64,000 nt of DNA, taken from Bacteroidia bacterium (GTDB lineage Bacteria; Bacteroidota; Bacteroidia; NS11-12g; UBA955). The number at the start of each line of letters is the position of its first letter. The stretch's first letter is position 1. The position numbers and the translations under genes were made by a program. The stretch lies in contig JAMNXP010000001.1 in the NCBI GenBank assembly GCA_023653095.1, positions 324,853-388,852 on the forward strand, given 5' to 3'. Shown here one piece after another: positions 18,346 to 28,031 of the stretch. Below the pieces are notes generated by a model. The model was not told where the DNA came from. It saw nothing but the letters and a program-made list of their open reading frames with translations, and ran no database searches.

Positions 18346-19482
18346 ATGAAAACACAAAAATATATAATCAATGGATTGGTGCTTTTAGGAGTATCGTTTA
18401 TTTCAAGTTGCGGAGGTGGTTCTTCAACAACGAAGGAAACTAAATTGGAAGAATTAAAAAAGATTCAATCTGAAATTGCCGCGCTTCAAATGAAAGAAGC
18501 GGCCTTAAAAAAGGAATTGGATGTTAAGGTTACACAAAGATCAAAATTAGTAGAATTAGATACTATTGCATTGGGAACTTTTACAAGTGCTCTTAGTTTG
18601 GAAGGTGTGGTTGATGCCAAAAGCAGTACAGTAGCTACTTCAAAAGTTCCAGCTGTGGTTTCTGAGGTTTTAGTTTCAGAAGGTCAATTCGTAAAAAAAG
18701 GACAAATACTTGCTCGTTTGGAACAAAGTTCATTATTGAAAAGCAGATTGGAAATCGAGCAACAATTGAGTTTTGCTAAAACCTTGTACGAGAAACAAAT
18801 GAGACTCTGGAAAAATGGAATTGGTACAGAAGTACAATATCTTTCAGCAAAAAATCAAAAGGAAGCATTGGAGAAAAGCCTCAATACTTTGGATGCAAAC
18901 ATTGATATGTATAATATCAAATCTCCCATTGATGGAAGTATTGAAGCCGTTGATATTAAAGTAGGACAAACAGCAGCGCCAGGCATGCCTTATTTTAAGG
19001 TTATCAACATGAGTACTGTTAAAGTAGTTGCTCAGGTTTCAGAATCGTATTCAGGAAAAATCAATAAGGGTGATAAGGTTAAAGTTAATTTACCTGATCT
19101 AAATAAAGAGATTTCTGGCACTGTTTCATTTGCAAGTAAATTCATTGACCCTTTAAACAGAACATTCAAAGTAGAAGTTTCATTGGGTAATATTGAGCAA
19201 ATTAAACCCAATATGATTGCGAAAGTAGAGATTGAAGATTATGCAAATAACAAAGCTATATCTGTACCTACAAATGCAATTCAAATTACGGAAAATGAAT
19301 CTTTTGTGATGATTTTGGTTGATAATTCAGGTAAATATACAGCAAGCAAACGCTCTGTGAAAATGGGTAAATCAAACAATACTCATTCAGAAATAGTTGC
19401 AGGATTAAATGTTGACGACATGATCATTGTGACGGGTTTTCAAGAGCTAGCGGAAGGACAAGCGGTAGAAATTGCAAAATAA
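18346..19482 (+). CDS. efflux RND transporter periplasmic adaptor (membrane fusion protein), lipoprotein
   Basis: MKTQKYIINGLVLLGVSFISSCGG contains a lipobox, followed by coiled-coil hairpin and barrel-sandwich hybrid motifs. The track's start at 18271 overlaps TolC and is rejected. Confidence 0.85.
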   Translation: MKTQKYIINGLVLLGVSFISSCGGGSSTTKETKLEELKKIQSEIAALQMKEAALKKELDVKVTQRSKLVELDTIALGTFTSALSLEGVVDAKSSTVATSKVPAVVSEVLVSEGQFVKKGQILARLEQSSLLKSRLEIEQQLSFAKTLYEKQMRLWKNGIGTEVQYLSAKNQKEALEKSLNTLDANIDMYNIKSPIDGSIEAVDIKVGQTAAPGMPYFKVINMSTVKVVAQVSESYSGKINKGDKVKVNLPDLNKEISGTVSFASKFIDPLNRTFKVEVSLGNIEQIKPNMIAKVEIEDYANNKAISVPTNAIQITENESFVMILVDNSGKYTASKRSVKMGKSNNTHSEIVAGLNVDDMIIVTGFQELAEGQAVEIAK

Positions 19483-19486
19483 AGTC

Positions 19487-22400
19487 ATGTCGAAATTCAA
19501 AGAATTTAAACCCACGAGTTGGAGTATAGATAATAGAACTAGTATTTATATTCTGACCTTTTTCATCAGTGTAGCCGGAATTTTTGCTTATGTAAAATTG
19601 CCGAAGGAGCAATTTCCTGACATTGTTATTCCTACCATTGTTGTTCAGACTGTTTATCCTGGATCCTCTCCAAAGGATATAGAAAATTTAATAACTAAAC
19701 CTTTAGAAAAGAAAATCAAATCCATTTCTGGGGTAAAAAAACTCAGCAGTCAATCAAAACAAGATTTCAGCATCGTTACCGTAGAATTCAACACCGATGT
19801 AGATGTTGCGCAAGCAAAATCTAAGGTTAAAGATGAGGTTGATAAGGCAAAAAGTGATCTTCCTTCTGATTTAAAAATTGAACCGTCGGTAATGGAAGTT
19901 AACTTTTCGGACATGCCAATTTTGTATGTTAATATTTCCGGAAATTACTCACTTCAAGACTTGAAAAAATACGCCGAAATGGCAAAAGACAAAATTGAGT
20001 CGTTGCCAAGTATAACGAGAGTTGATATGGTTGGCGCATTGGATCGTGAAATTCAAGTTGATTTGGATATGCCCAAAATGATTGCGGCAGGTATTACTAT
20101 TGATGATGTTTCTCGTGCAATTCAATATGAAAATATGCGAATTTCTGGAGGCAATATTGATATGGATCAAATGCAAAGATCCATCAGCGTGAGTGGTGAA
20201 TTCAAAAATGCCGAAGAAATTGCCAATGTTGTAATAAGATCAAATACGGGTTCAACTTTGTTTTTGAAGGATGTAGCAACCATAAAAAATGGTTTTAAAG
20301 AGAAGGAAAGTTATGCACGCTTAGAGGGCAAGAACGTAATTACCTTGAACATAGTAAAAAGAGCCGGGGAAAACCTAATTGAAGCTTCTGATAATTGCCG
20401 TGTATTGATTGAAGAACTTCAAAAAAACGGTAGTTATCCAAAAGGTTTGGATGTTGTTTTTACTGGTGACCAAAGTACACAAACTAGAACCACCGTTCAC
20501 GACCTAATCAATACCATCATTATTGGATTTATTCTAGTTACCTTGATCTTAATGTTTTTCATGGGTGCAACCAATGCAATATTTGTGGGATTGGCCGTAC
20601 CCTTATCGTGCTTTATTGCATTCCTGATCATGCCTACAATAGGATTTAGTTTGAATTTTATTGTATTATTCTCATTCTTATTGGCTTTAGGAATTGTAGT
20701 TGATGATGCGATTGTGGTTATTGAAAACACCCATAGAATCTACCAATCAGAAAATTTAAGCATCATTGATTCTGCAAAGAAAGCGGCTGGTGAAGTTTTC
20801 TTACCTGTTTTCTCTGGAACTTTAACCACTATTGCACCTTTCATTCCCCTAGCCTTTTGGCAAGGAATTGTCGGGAAGTTCATGTACTTCTTACCCGTAA
20901 CGTTAATCATAACCTTGTTAGCATCTTTATTGGTAGCCTATATCATTAATCCAGTATTTGCAGTTGATTTCATGAGTAAGGAGCACGGTGAAAAAAATAG
21001 CAAGCCCAATCAAAAGGCCTTTATCAAAAGCACTAAGATTTGGGCTGTTATAATTACCTTTTCATATTTGGTTTTTGGCTTTGGCTTTGGCAATCTCATG
21101 TTGTTGTTCTATTCGCTATATGCGTTGCATCATTTTTGGTTAAAAAGAATCATTGATAATTTCCAAAACCAACATTGGCCTAAAGTTCAAAATCAATATT
21201 CTAGAATGGTTACTTATACCCTTCAAGGAAAAAGAAGTATCTATATACTTTTGGGAACCGTTTTGTTATTATTCGGAAGCTTTTTTATTACAGCATTGAG
21301 AAAACCTGGAGTAATCTTCTTCCCTTCAGCTGATCCTAATTTTACATACGTATACCTCACTTTACCTACTGGAACTCATGCAAAGCACACTGATAGTATA
21401 GTTAGAATAGCTGAGAAGAAAGTATTTGCTCTTCTCGAAAAAGACAACAATCAGGAATTGGTAGCCAGTGTAATTTCCAATGTGGCCGTTGGTGCTACGG
21501 ATCCAAATTCTGGTGACAGAACAATCAGCAGCAATAAGGGTAAAATTACAGTAGCATTCGTCGAATTTGCAGATAGAAACGGTAGAAGTACACGTAAAGT
21601 ATTAGAATCTATAAGAGAAAGTATTGGCTCCATGCCGGGAGTGGAAATCATTGTTGAACAGGAAAGAAATGGCCCGCCCGTAGGAAAAGCGGTTAACATT
21701 GAAATTAGAGGTGACGAATTTGAGTCATTGGTGAATACAGGTTCTAACCTCAAACGCTTTCTGGACAATAAAAACATTCCGGGTGTTGAAGAATTAAAAA
21801 GTGATTTTGTTAGTTCAAAACCAGAGTTAACGATTGTTGTAGACCGAGAAAGAGCCAATCGTCTTGGCATTTCTACGGCCCAAATTGGTGGACTTTTGAG
21901 AAATTCAATTTATGGTGTAGAAGCTTCGAAGTTTAAAGATGAAAATGATGACTACCCTATAATGGTAAGACTGAAAAAGGAATCTTCAAATAATTTAGAA
22001 GCACTACTTAACACCCGAATTGCATACAGAGATATGGTTACTGGGGGAATGTTACGTCAAATACCCCTTTCAGCCGTTGCCTCTGTTGAACCCGCAAATA
22101 CATATGGGGGAATCACTCGACTTAACCAAAAACGAGTGATAACATTGGCTTCTAATGTGCTTGATGGTTATGCCCCGAATGAAGTTGTAGAGAAAGTAAC
22201 AGAATCAATTGAAGACTACAAATCTAAATTCCCCAATGAACAAATAGAAATTGAACTAACTGGTGAGCAAGAAGAACAAAAGAAAACTGCAGCCTTCTTA
22301 GGAACCGCAATGATGGCTTCAATTGCTTTAATCATTGTTATTTTAGTGACGCAGTTTAACTCAATCACTAAGCCTATCATAATTCTTAGCGAAATTATTT

Positions 22401-22903
22401 TTTCAATCATTGGTGTATTAATAGGTTTTGCAATATTTGATATGGACTTCTCTGTTATCATGACCGGTATTGGAATTGTAGCACTTGCGGGAATTGTGGT
22501 GCGAAATGGTATTCTAATTGTAGAGTTCGCAGATCTTATGAGAGAAAATGGCATGACATTGAAAGATGCATTGATTGAAGCAGGAAGAACTCGTATGACT
22601 CCAGTGTTATTGACAGCAGCGAGCACAATTTCCGGTTTGATTCCACTAGCGGTTGGTTTAAATATGGATTTTGTGACTTTATTCACTGAATTAAATCCAC
22701 ATTTGTATTTTGGAGGTGACTCTGTAGCTTTCTGGGGACCCTTAAGCTGGACCATGATTTATGGTTTAACTTTTGCAACCTTCTTGACCTTATTCTTAGT
22801 ACCATCTTTATATTATCTCAATGAAAAATTCAAACAGCGAGTGTACGGTTGGTTCGGAGTTTCATACGATCCTGATAGAGAATTAAAGCCAAGTAAAAAA
22901 TAA
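19487..22903 (+). CDS. efflux RND transporter permease (AcrB/HAE1-like)
   Basis: About 1140 aa and 12-TM AcrB-like. Motifs LALGIVVDDAIVVIEN and VALAGIVVRNGILIVEF. The ATG at 19487 follows the MFP stop; the track's TTG is at 19472. Confidence 0.9.
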   Translation: MSKFKEFKPTSWSIDNRTSIYILTFFISVAGIFAYVKLPKEQFPDIVIPTIVVQTVYPGSSPKDIENLITKPLEKKIKSISGVKKLSSQSKQDFSIVTVEFNTDVDVAQAKSKVKDEVDKAKSDLPSDLKIEPSVMEVNFSDMPILYVNISGNYSLQDLKKYAEMAKDKIESLPSITRVDMVGALDREIQVDLDMPKMIAAGITIDDVSRAIQYENMRISGGNIDMDQMQRSISVSGEFKNAEEIANVVIRSNTGSTLFLKDVATIKNGFKEKESYARLEGKNVITLNIVKRAGENLIEASDNCRVLIEELQKNGSYPKGLDVVFTGDQSTQTRTTVHDLINTIIIGFILVTLILMFFMGATNAIFVGLAVPLSCFIAFLIMPTIGFSLNFIVLFSFLLALGIVVDDAIVVIENTHRIYQSENLSIIDSAKKAAGEVFLPVFSGTLTTIAPFIPLAFWQGIVGKFMYFLPVTLIITLLASLLVAYIINPVFAVDFMSKEHGEKNSKPNQKAFIKSTKIWAVIITFSYLVFGFGFGNLMLLFYSLYALHHFWLKRIIDNFQNQHWPKVQNQYSRMVTYTLQGKRSIYILLGTVLLLFGSFFITALRKPGVIFFPSADPNFTYVYLTLPTGTHAKHTDSIVRIAEKKVFALLEKDNNQELVASVISNVAVGATDPNSGDRTISSNKGKITVAFVEFADRNGRSTRKVLESIRESIGSMPGVEIIVEQERNGPPVGKAVNIEIRGDEFESLVNTGSNLKRFLDNKNIPGVEELKSDFVSSKPELTIVVDRERANRLGISTAQIGGLLRNSIYGVEASKFKDENDDYPIMVRLKKESSNNLEALLNTRIAYRDMVTGGMLRQIPLSAVASVEPANTYGGITRLNQKRVITLASNVLDGYAPNEVVEKVTESIEDYKSKFPNEQIEIELTGEQEEQKKTAAFLGTAMMASIALIIVILVTQFNSITKPIIILSEIIFSIIGVLIGFAIFDMDFSVIMTGIGIVALAGIVVRNGILIVEFADLMRENGMTLKDALIEAGRTRMTPVLLTAASTISGLIPLAVGLNMDFVTLFTELNPHLYFGGDSVAFWGPLSWTMIYGLTFATFLTLFLVPSLYYLNEKFKQRVYGWFGVSYDPDRELKPSKK

Positions 22904-22912
22904 CCTATCAAC

Positions 22913-22947
22913 AAAAAGGGCGGCCCTGAATGAGCCGCCCTTTTTTT
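22913..22947. terminator. bidirectional rho-independent terminator
   Basis: aaaaa-GGGCGGC-cctgaatga-GCCGCCC-ttttttt. It lies between the convergent RND gene (+) and the lon-operon tail gene (-). Confidence 0.7.
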
Positions 22948-22963
22948 ATGTTTCATGAATTTA

Positions 22964-23896
22964 TTAATCCAATACGAAGGTATTTTTTTGTCTAAGTAAT
23001 CCTCTTGTCCAGAGTTCAGTTGTGTATTTACCCTTTTTCAATTTACCTGCAAGAGTACCAGAATTTGGGAACTTCCACTTTACTTTTTGAAGAGCACCAT
23101 CAAAGGTTATGTTATCAAGCATGGTTGTTACTTGTGACTTGTCTTGCAATTTCTTGTTTGTCACGCTCAATACACCCCCATCTGGATCTAGTAAACGAAT
23201 GGTTACTTGTTCTTCCACTACGGTTGTAACCATTGGATTTTCGAGAACATCAAAAGTGATGGTGAATTTGTCTACTTTTTTCGCTTTATTGGTTAGCTCA
23301 CGTTTCTCGCTAAAGGCTGAAGTAATAAGAGTTCCAAATTGCGGCATGGCCCCTTTTTCTAATCTCTCCTTAAGTTCTACGTTTTCTACGCTCAAAGCTT
23401 CTTTTTCGTTCTTTGCTACTTCAACATCCGTAATTAACTGATTTCTTTCAACCACGATGGTATCAATCTGACCAGTAAGGTGCTTAATTCTTTGCTTAGC
23501 TTCTTCAAGTTGTTTGCGAATCCCTGTTAAATTAACCTTCGAATTATCTTTGGTTGATACATTAATATCTCCACCACCAACATTGGTAATTTGAGTCAAT
23601 TGTCTGCGCAAACGGTTAATTTCACGGTAAGCAGCAAGTATCTTAGGATTGTTATCTCCTTCTAATTCAGTTACTTTGTTTACCAATGTGGTATTTTCTG
23701 CCTGTAAACTCGCAACAACCGCATTCAACGAATCTTCCATTTTCAATAGTTCCGCTTGCATTGAATCTCTCATTGCTACTAATTCTAATTGCTTTTTTGC
23801 AACTGAGTCTTGGTTGTTGTAATAGAGAAATGCATTTGTTCCAGCTGACAACAATAAGAGTATCAACAAGATAATAACTACACCTGTTCTTTTCAT
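22964..23896 (-). CDS. membrane-anchored coiled-coil protein with a C-terminal beta-rich domain; function unknown
   Basis: N-terminal TM (GVVIILLILLLLSAG), ~170 aa of heptad-like sequence, then a ~110 aa beta-like tail. It is the last gene of the lon-led co-directional array. Confidence 0.6.
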   Translation of the reverse strand: MKRTGVVIILLILLLLSAGTNAFLYYNNQDSVAKKQLELVAMRDSMQAELLKMEDSLNAVVASLQAENTTLVNKVTELEGDNNPKILAAYREINRLRRQLTQITNVGGGDINVSTKDNSKVNLTGIRKQLEEAKQRIKHLTGQIDTIVVERNQLITDVEVAKNEKEALSVENVELKERLEKGAMPQFGTLITSAFSEKRELTNKAKKVDKFTITFDVLENPMVTTVVEEQVTIRLLDPDGGVLSVTNKKLQDKSQVTTMLDNITFDGALQKVKWKFPNSGTLAGKLKKGKYTTELWTRGLLRQKNTFVLD

Positions 23897-23935
23897 AGTT
23901 TATTTAATCTTACAATATTAAGGAATTCAACCGAC

Positions 23936-25267
23936 TTATTGAGCACGATGGATATAATCCTCAACTGATTGGAGGTTTGAACCTATGTATAATATTCGGT
24001 TTTTACGATCTAACAAGATAAACTGAGGCATCTTTTGAATGCTCAATTTTGAAATGGTTCTTGAATCGGCAATGAGTTGTTTCACTTTAAGTGAAAACCT
24101 TGAATTATAACCCGTTATATATCGAATACTGCCTCCAAAATTCAATAATAAGGCGTCAAATTTGGGATTTGAAGCATTTTTTCTCAGGATTTGATGCAGT
24201 GCAGATGAATCTTTTTCAAAATCTGAATTAATGGCACTCCAAACATAAATCAATTTAACTTCTGCTTTTTTATTAAATACCTTCGTAATCCTTCTTCTTT
24301 TTAATTTGCGCTGTAAATCAACCTTTTTAGTGCTTTTGGGTGTGATAAATGCTTTAACTTTTGGTAGTTTTTTACCAATTGAAATTCTATTTTTCGATCC
24401 ACCTAATTCTCTAAATTCCAATTGATACTCACCTCCTGATTTAAGAATATTGAATTCATAATCCCTACCCTTCCAGGGAACACGATTGGCCTTTGATAGG
24501 GGCAAAGAGTTGTCTGCATTAAATATACTATCACTTTCTGATAGGAGAATCAAATCATTCTCATCGGTAAACGATCCATTGAAATCTTTGTCTAATACAC
24601 CCACAAGAGCACTTTCTAATGAATCTCCAATTGATGTATATAAAACTGCTTTTCTATTGGCCTTGAGTGAATAATTACTTCCCAAATAATGTCTTGGACC
24701 AATCAGTTCCTTCATGGCAGTATCATTCATCTGAGCAAATTTCCGGAACTGAGGCACTGGAAACCATTGCAAATTGTAGCCTCCTCCAAATGAATCTAAC
24801 TGAAGAAACCACTTTCCTGCACCGATAGATTTCAAATTTGGTTTAGGGTCATTTGCAAAATCACCGTCATCGTTAAAATCAACCCAAATATCTAATTTAT
24901 GGTTGGTTCTTTGGAGCAAGTAATCCGGGATAATAAAAGCCAAAAATTCTTTCTTTTTTGATTTTATCTCAAAATTCCGATATAAATAACCGTAGGCCAC
25001 TGATTTCCATTGATAGGAAGATTCATCATTGGGAAGGATTACTTTAGTAAATGCTGTTTTTACCTTAAAAATATCAGCGCCTGTTAAATCTACTGGCTCA
25101 TACATGATAGCGTCTTGCAATTCAAACACGGGTATATGTCCCATAGATTGAAAAGAAGATTTTTCATAGCCAATTTTGTTTAAAGTCTTTTCAGTTGGTG
25201 ATTGGGCACCGAGAGATAAAAAAGAAAACATCCCCCAGATAAACACGTATTTCAAGGGGTGTTTCAT
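23936..25267 (-). CDS. secreted hypothetical protein with a C-terminal thioredoxin-fold-like domain lacking CxxC
   Basis: Signal peptide MKHPLKYVFIWGMFSFLSLGAQS. The C-terminal ~120 aa resemble the TlpA/ResA layout (KLIYVWSAINSDF ... MPQFILLDRKNRILYIG), but the active-site position reads SAINS rather than WCxxC. Confidence 0.6.
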   Translation of the reverse strand: MKHPLKYVFIWGMFSFLSLGAQSPTEKTLNKIGYEKSSFQSMGHIPVFELQDAIMYEPVDLTGADIFKVKTAFTKVILPNDESSYQWKSVAYGYLYRNFEIKSKKKEFLAFIIPDYLLQRTNHKLDIWVDFNDDGDFANDPKPNLKSIGAGKWFLQLDSFGGGYNLQWFPVPQFRKFAQMNDTAMKELIGPRHYLGSNYSLKANRKAVLYTSIGDSLESALVGVLDKDFNGSFTDENDLILLSESDSIFNADNSLPLSKANRVPWKGRDYEFNILKSGGEYQLEFRELGGSKNRISIGKKLPKVKAFITPKSTKKVDLQRKLKRRRITKVFNKKAEVKLIYVWSAINSDFEKDSSALHQILRKNASNPKFDALLLNFGGSIRYITGYNSRFSLKVKQLIADSRTISKLSIQKMPQFILLDRKNRILYIGSNLQSVEDYIHRAQ

Positions 25268-25407
25268 TATTTACAAAAACGAATCAACATAACAATCACG
25301 GCGAATAAGAACATGAAAATAGATATCTTATTAATGCTGTGCATCATTCTGAGATTGAAGCTAGGTTTATTGCCTGTTGATTTCTTAAAAGTAAGATAAT
25401 CAATCAT
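25267..25407 (-). CDS. small (46 aa) single-TM protein, absent from the ORF track (below its size cutoff)
   Basis: My own translation of the minus strand gives MIDYLTFKKSTGNKPSFNLRMMHSINKISIFMFLFAVIVMLIRFCK*. The ATG is 29 nt after the lon stop. Its TAA overlaps the ATG of the next gene (TAATG), which suggests translational coupling. Confidence 0.45.
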   Translation of the reverse strand: MIDYLTFKKSTGNKPSFNLRMMHSINKISIFMFLFAVIVMLIRFCK

Positions 25408-25436
25408 TTTTTTGAATACCATAAGGTCAAAGTTAA

Positions 25437-27899
25437 TTAATTTTTATTCAGAATTATGGGATTCTTCACTTTCTCAGGAGTTAGGGCTAAATCTAAGACC
25501 TCAAACATATTGTGCACATAGTGGAAAGTCATGCCTTTCAGGTAGTTTTGATCAATGTCTAGAATGTCTTTTTCATTCTGCAAGCAGAGAATAATTTCTT
25601 TGATTCCGGCGCGTTTAGCGGCTAAAATTTTCTCTTTGATACCGCCTACGGGTAATACCTTCCCTCTCAAAGTTATTTCACCTGTCATTGCTAGGTGAGA
25701 TTTCACCTTCCGTTGAGTAAACAACGAAGCCAAAGATGTTAACACCGTAACCCCTGCTGATGGGCCGTCTTTCGGTATAGAACCAGCAGGAAAATGCACG
25801 TGTATTCCCCATTTCTCAAATACTTCTGGAGAAATTTCTAAATAATCAGCGTGTGATTTGAGGAAGGTATGAGCCAAGCTAACGCTTTCTTTCATAACAT
25901 CTCCGAGTTGACCTGTTACTTTTAATTCAGGTTTACCTGGGATCAAAGTGCTTTCAACGAATAGAACAGAACCTCCTAATGGACTCCAAGCCAAACCAGT
26001 AACTACACCTGCAGTGTGATTATTTTCATACATTTCAGGTTCCATTTTCTCCGCACCTAAAATTTGTTCAACTTCTTTCGGGCCGATGTTTACTTTAATT
26101 TCTTCATCAGAAGATGCAATGGATTTTGCAGTTGATCTTGCCAAAGCTGCAATTTTCTTATCTAAACCACGTACTCCGCTTTCTCTGGTATAATTCTCTA
26201 TGATGTAGGAAATCCCTGCATCACTTACTTTGAATTGTTTACCGGTTAATCCGTGAGCTTTTCTCTGCTTGGGAACCAAATACTTCTTCCCTATTTGCAG
26301 CTTTTCTTCCATCGAATAACCCGATACCTCAATAATTTCCATTCGGTCAAGTAAGGCAGGCTGAATGGAGTCTAAAGAATTTGCTGTTGCTACGAAAAGT
26401 ACTTTACTGAGGTCATAGTCCATCTCCAGATAGTTATCATAGAAATTGGTGTTTTGCTCGGGATCAAGCACTTCTAGTAAGGCAGAACTTGGATCTCCCC
26501 TGAAATCACGTCCTAATTTATCGATTTCATCTAACACAAATACGGGATTTGAGCTTTGAACTTTTTTTAAGTTTTGCACTATTCGACCTGGCATAGCACC
26601 AATGTAGGTTTTTCTGTGACCACGAATTTCAGACTCGTCATGCAAACCCCCTAAACTCATTCTAATGTATTTACGTCCTAAAGCCCTAGAGATACTTTTA
26701 CCTAAAGATGTTTTACCCACACCTGGAGGTCCATAGAGGCAAATGATGGGGCTTTTCATGTCGCCTTTAAGTTTCAAAACGGCGAGATATTCAAGGATGC
26801 GATTTTTGACTTTTTGCAAACCGAAATGGTCTTCATCAAACACTTTTGCAGCATGTTTTAGATCAAAGTTATCATGGGTATAATCTTCCCAAGGAAGATC
26901 TAAAAGCAATTGTACGTAGTTGAGTCCAACGGAATAATCGGGAGAAGCTGGATTTACCCTTTGCAAGCGATCAAGTTCTTTTTCAAAGTGTTCACGAACC
27001 TCTGGTTTCCACGACTTAAAGAGTCCTTTTTCACGAAGATTTTGAATCTCTTTATCTGGAGAGTCGCCCCCTAACTCTTCTTGGATGGCACGAATTTGCT
27101 GATGAAGGAAATACTCTCGTTGTTGTTTATCAATGTCGGTCCTAACCTTGTTTTGAATTTGATCTTTCAATTCCAACATTTGTAGTTCCTTAATCACGAA
27201 CTCCAATACTTTTTGGGCTCTTTCCTTGGGATTAGTAGATTCGAGGATACTTTGTTTTTCAGGAACGGTGATGTTTAAATTAGAGGCCACAAAATGAATC
27301 AAGAAATTACTTGAGTCAATATTACTGATGGCAATAGAGGCTTCACTCGGCAAATTTGGAGACAGATTGATAATTCTATTGGATATATCTTTTACCGAGG
27401 AAATGATGGCTTTGTACTCTTTGTCATCTTTGATTTTATCGTCAGCCACAGGAAAAACTTTTGCTCTTAGATAGGGCTCATGATGAACAATTTCGCCAAT
27501 TCGAAGTCTTCTTTTACCTTGTATAATTACCGTTGTAGTTCCATCGGGCATTCTCATTAGTTTGATGATCTTGGCCACTACCCCAATTTCATATAAATCA
27601 GAAGCACCAGGATCTTCAACTTCGGCATTCTTTTGGGCAACAACGGCGATGGTTTTATCGGCCTTGTTTGCATCTTTTACTAATTTGATACTCTTATCTC
27701 TTCCAACGGTAATAGGAAATATTACTCCAGGAAAAAGCACCGTATTTTTTATAGCCAAAACAGGAAGTTCTTCTGGAACCTCCATTTTATTGCTCTCGTC
27801 TTCTTCTTGTTTCGAAAATAAAGGCAAGAATTCAGGTGAATCGTCTACATTGTCTTCATCTCCGTTGAAGTGAATGAAGCTATTTTTCTTTCCAAACAT
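25437..27899 (-). CDS. lon: ATP-dependent Lon protease (LonA)
   Basis: Walker [10 protein letters not shown], catalytic PKDGPSAG, and the LON N-domain. The probable start is MFGKKNSF at 27899; the track's extension to 27956 is rejected. Confidence 0.95.
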   Translation of the reverse strand: MFGKKNSFIHFNGDEDNVDDSPEFLPLFSKQEEDESNKMEVPEELPVLAIKNTVLFPGVIFPITVGRDKSIKLVKDANKADKTIAVVAQKNAEVEDPGASDLYEIGVVAKIIKLMRMPDGTTTVIIQGKRRLRIGEIVHHEPYLRAKVFPVADDKIKDDKEYKAIISSVKDISNRIINLSPNLPSEASIAISNIDSSNFLIHFVASNLNITVPEKQSILESTNPKERAQKVLEFVIKELQMLELKDQIQNKVRTDIDKQQREYFLHQQIRAIQEELGGDSPDKEIQNLREKGLFKSWKPEVREHFEKELDRLQRVNPASPDYSVGLNYVQLLLDLPWEDYTHDNFDLKHAAKVFDEDHFGLQKVKNRILEYLAVLKLKGDMKSPIICLYGPPGVGKTSLGKSISRALGRKYIRMSLGGLHDESEIRGHRKTYIGAMPGRIVQNLKKVQSSNPVFVLDEIDKLGRDFRGDPSSALLEVLDPEQNTNFYDNYLEMDYDLSKVLFVATANSLDSIQPALLDRMEIIEVSGYSMEEKLQIGKKYLVPKQRKAHGLTGKQFKVSDAGISYIIENYTRESGVRGLDKKIAALARSTAKSIASSDEEIKVNIGPKEVEQILGAEKMEPEMYENNHTAGVVTGLAWSPLGGSVLFVESTLIPGKPELKVTGQLGDVMKESVSLAHTFLKSHADYLEISPEVFEKWGIHVHFPAGSIPKDGPSAGVTVLTSLASLFTQRKVKSHLAMTGEITLRGKVLPVGGIKEKILAAKRAGIKEIILCLQNEKDILDIDQNYLKGMTFHYVHNMFEVLDLALTPEKVKNPIILNKN

Positions 27900-27914
27900 G
27901 TTTGTTGCGAAGAT

Positions 27915-27929
27915 ACAAGACGCGTGCCA
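27915..27929 (-). promoter_or_regulatory. sigma-54-type -24/-12 element (TGGCAC-N5-TTGT) upstream of lon
   Basis: The minus strand reads gtgTGGCACgcgtcTTGTatcttcgcaacaaacATG. It matches TGGCACG-N4-TTGC except for C->T in the -12 GC. I could find no TAnnTTTG box in the lon upstream region. Confidence 0.3.
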
Positions 27930-27981
27930 CACATTCAAAACCCGACATTCTGTCACCCGTGTAATTTTTTTTTCACCAATG

Positions 27982-28011
27982 TTGAATTTAACTTGGATTT
28001 ATCGACATTTG
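27982..28011 (+). promoter_or_regulatory. Bacteroidota sigma-A-type promoter for the lipoprotein gene
   Basis: TTG (27982-27984), N19, then gACATTTG (28004-28011; one mismatch to TAnnTTTG). It ends 20 nt before the ATG at 28032. Confidence 0.3.
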
Positions 28012-28031
28012 TAAAAACCAAAAAAAGAAAC

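Noticed and set aside
27943-28009. Direct 7-mer repeat CGACATT (27943-27949 and 28003-28009) upstream of the lon sigma-54-like element, as a possible enhancer-binding site
   Set aside because: A single 7-mer repeated once within ~130 nt is close to chance expectation. No dyad symmetry typical of EBP sites was seen.
27870-28031. N-terminal extensions of the lipoprotein ORF (track start 27870) and of lon (track start 27956), which would overlap each other
   Set aside because: The extensions have no signal-peptide or family-like sequence. Internal ATGs at 28032 and 27899 give a clean lipobox and a family-typical Lon N-terminus respectively.
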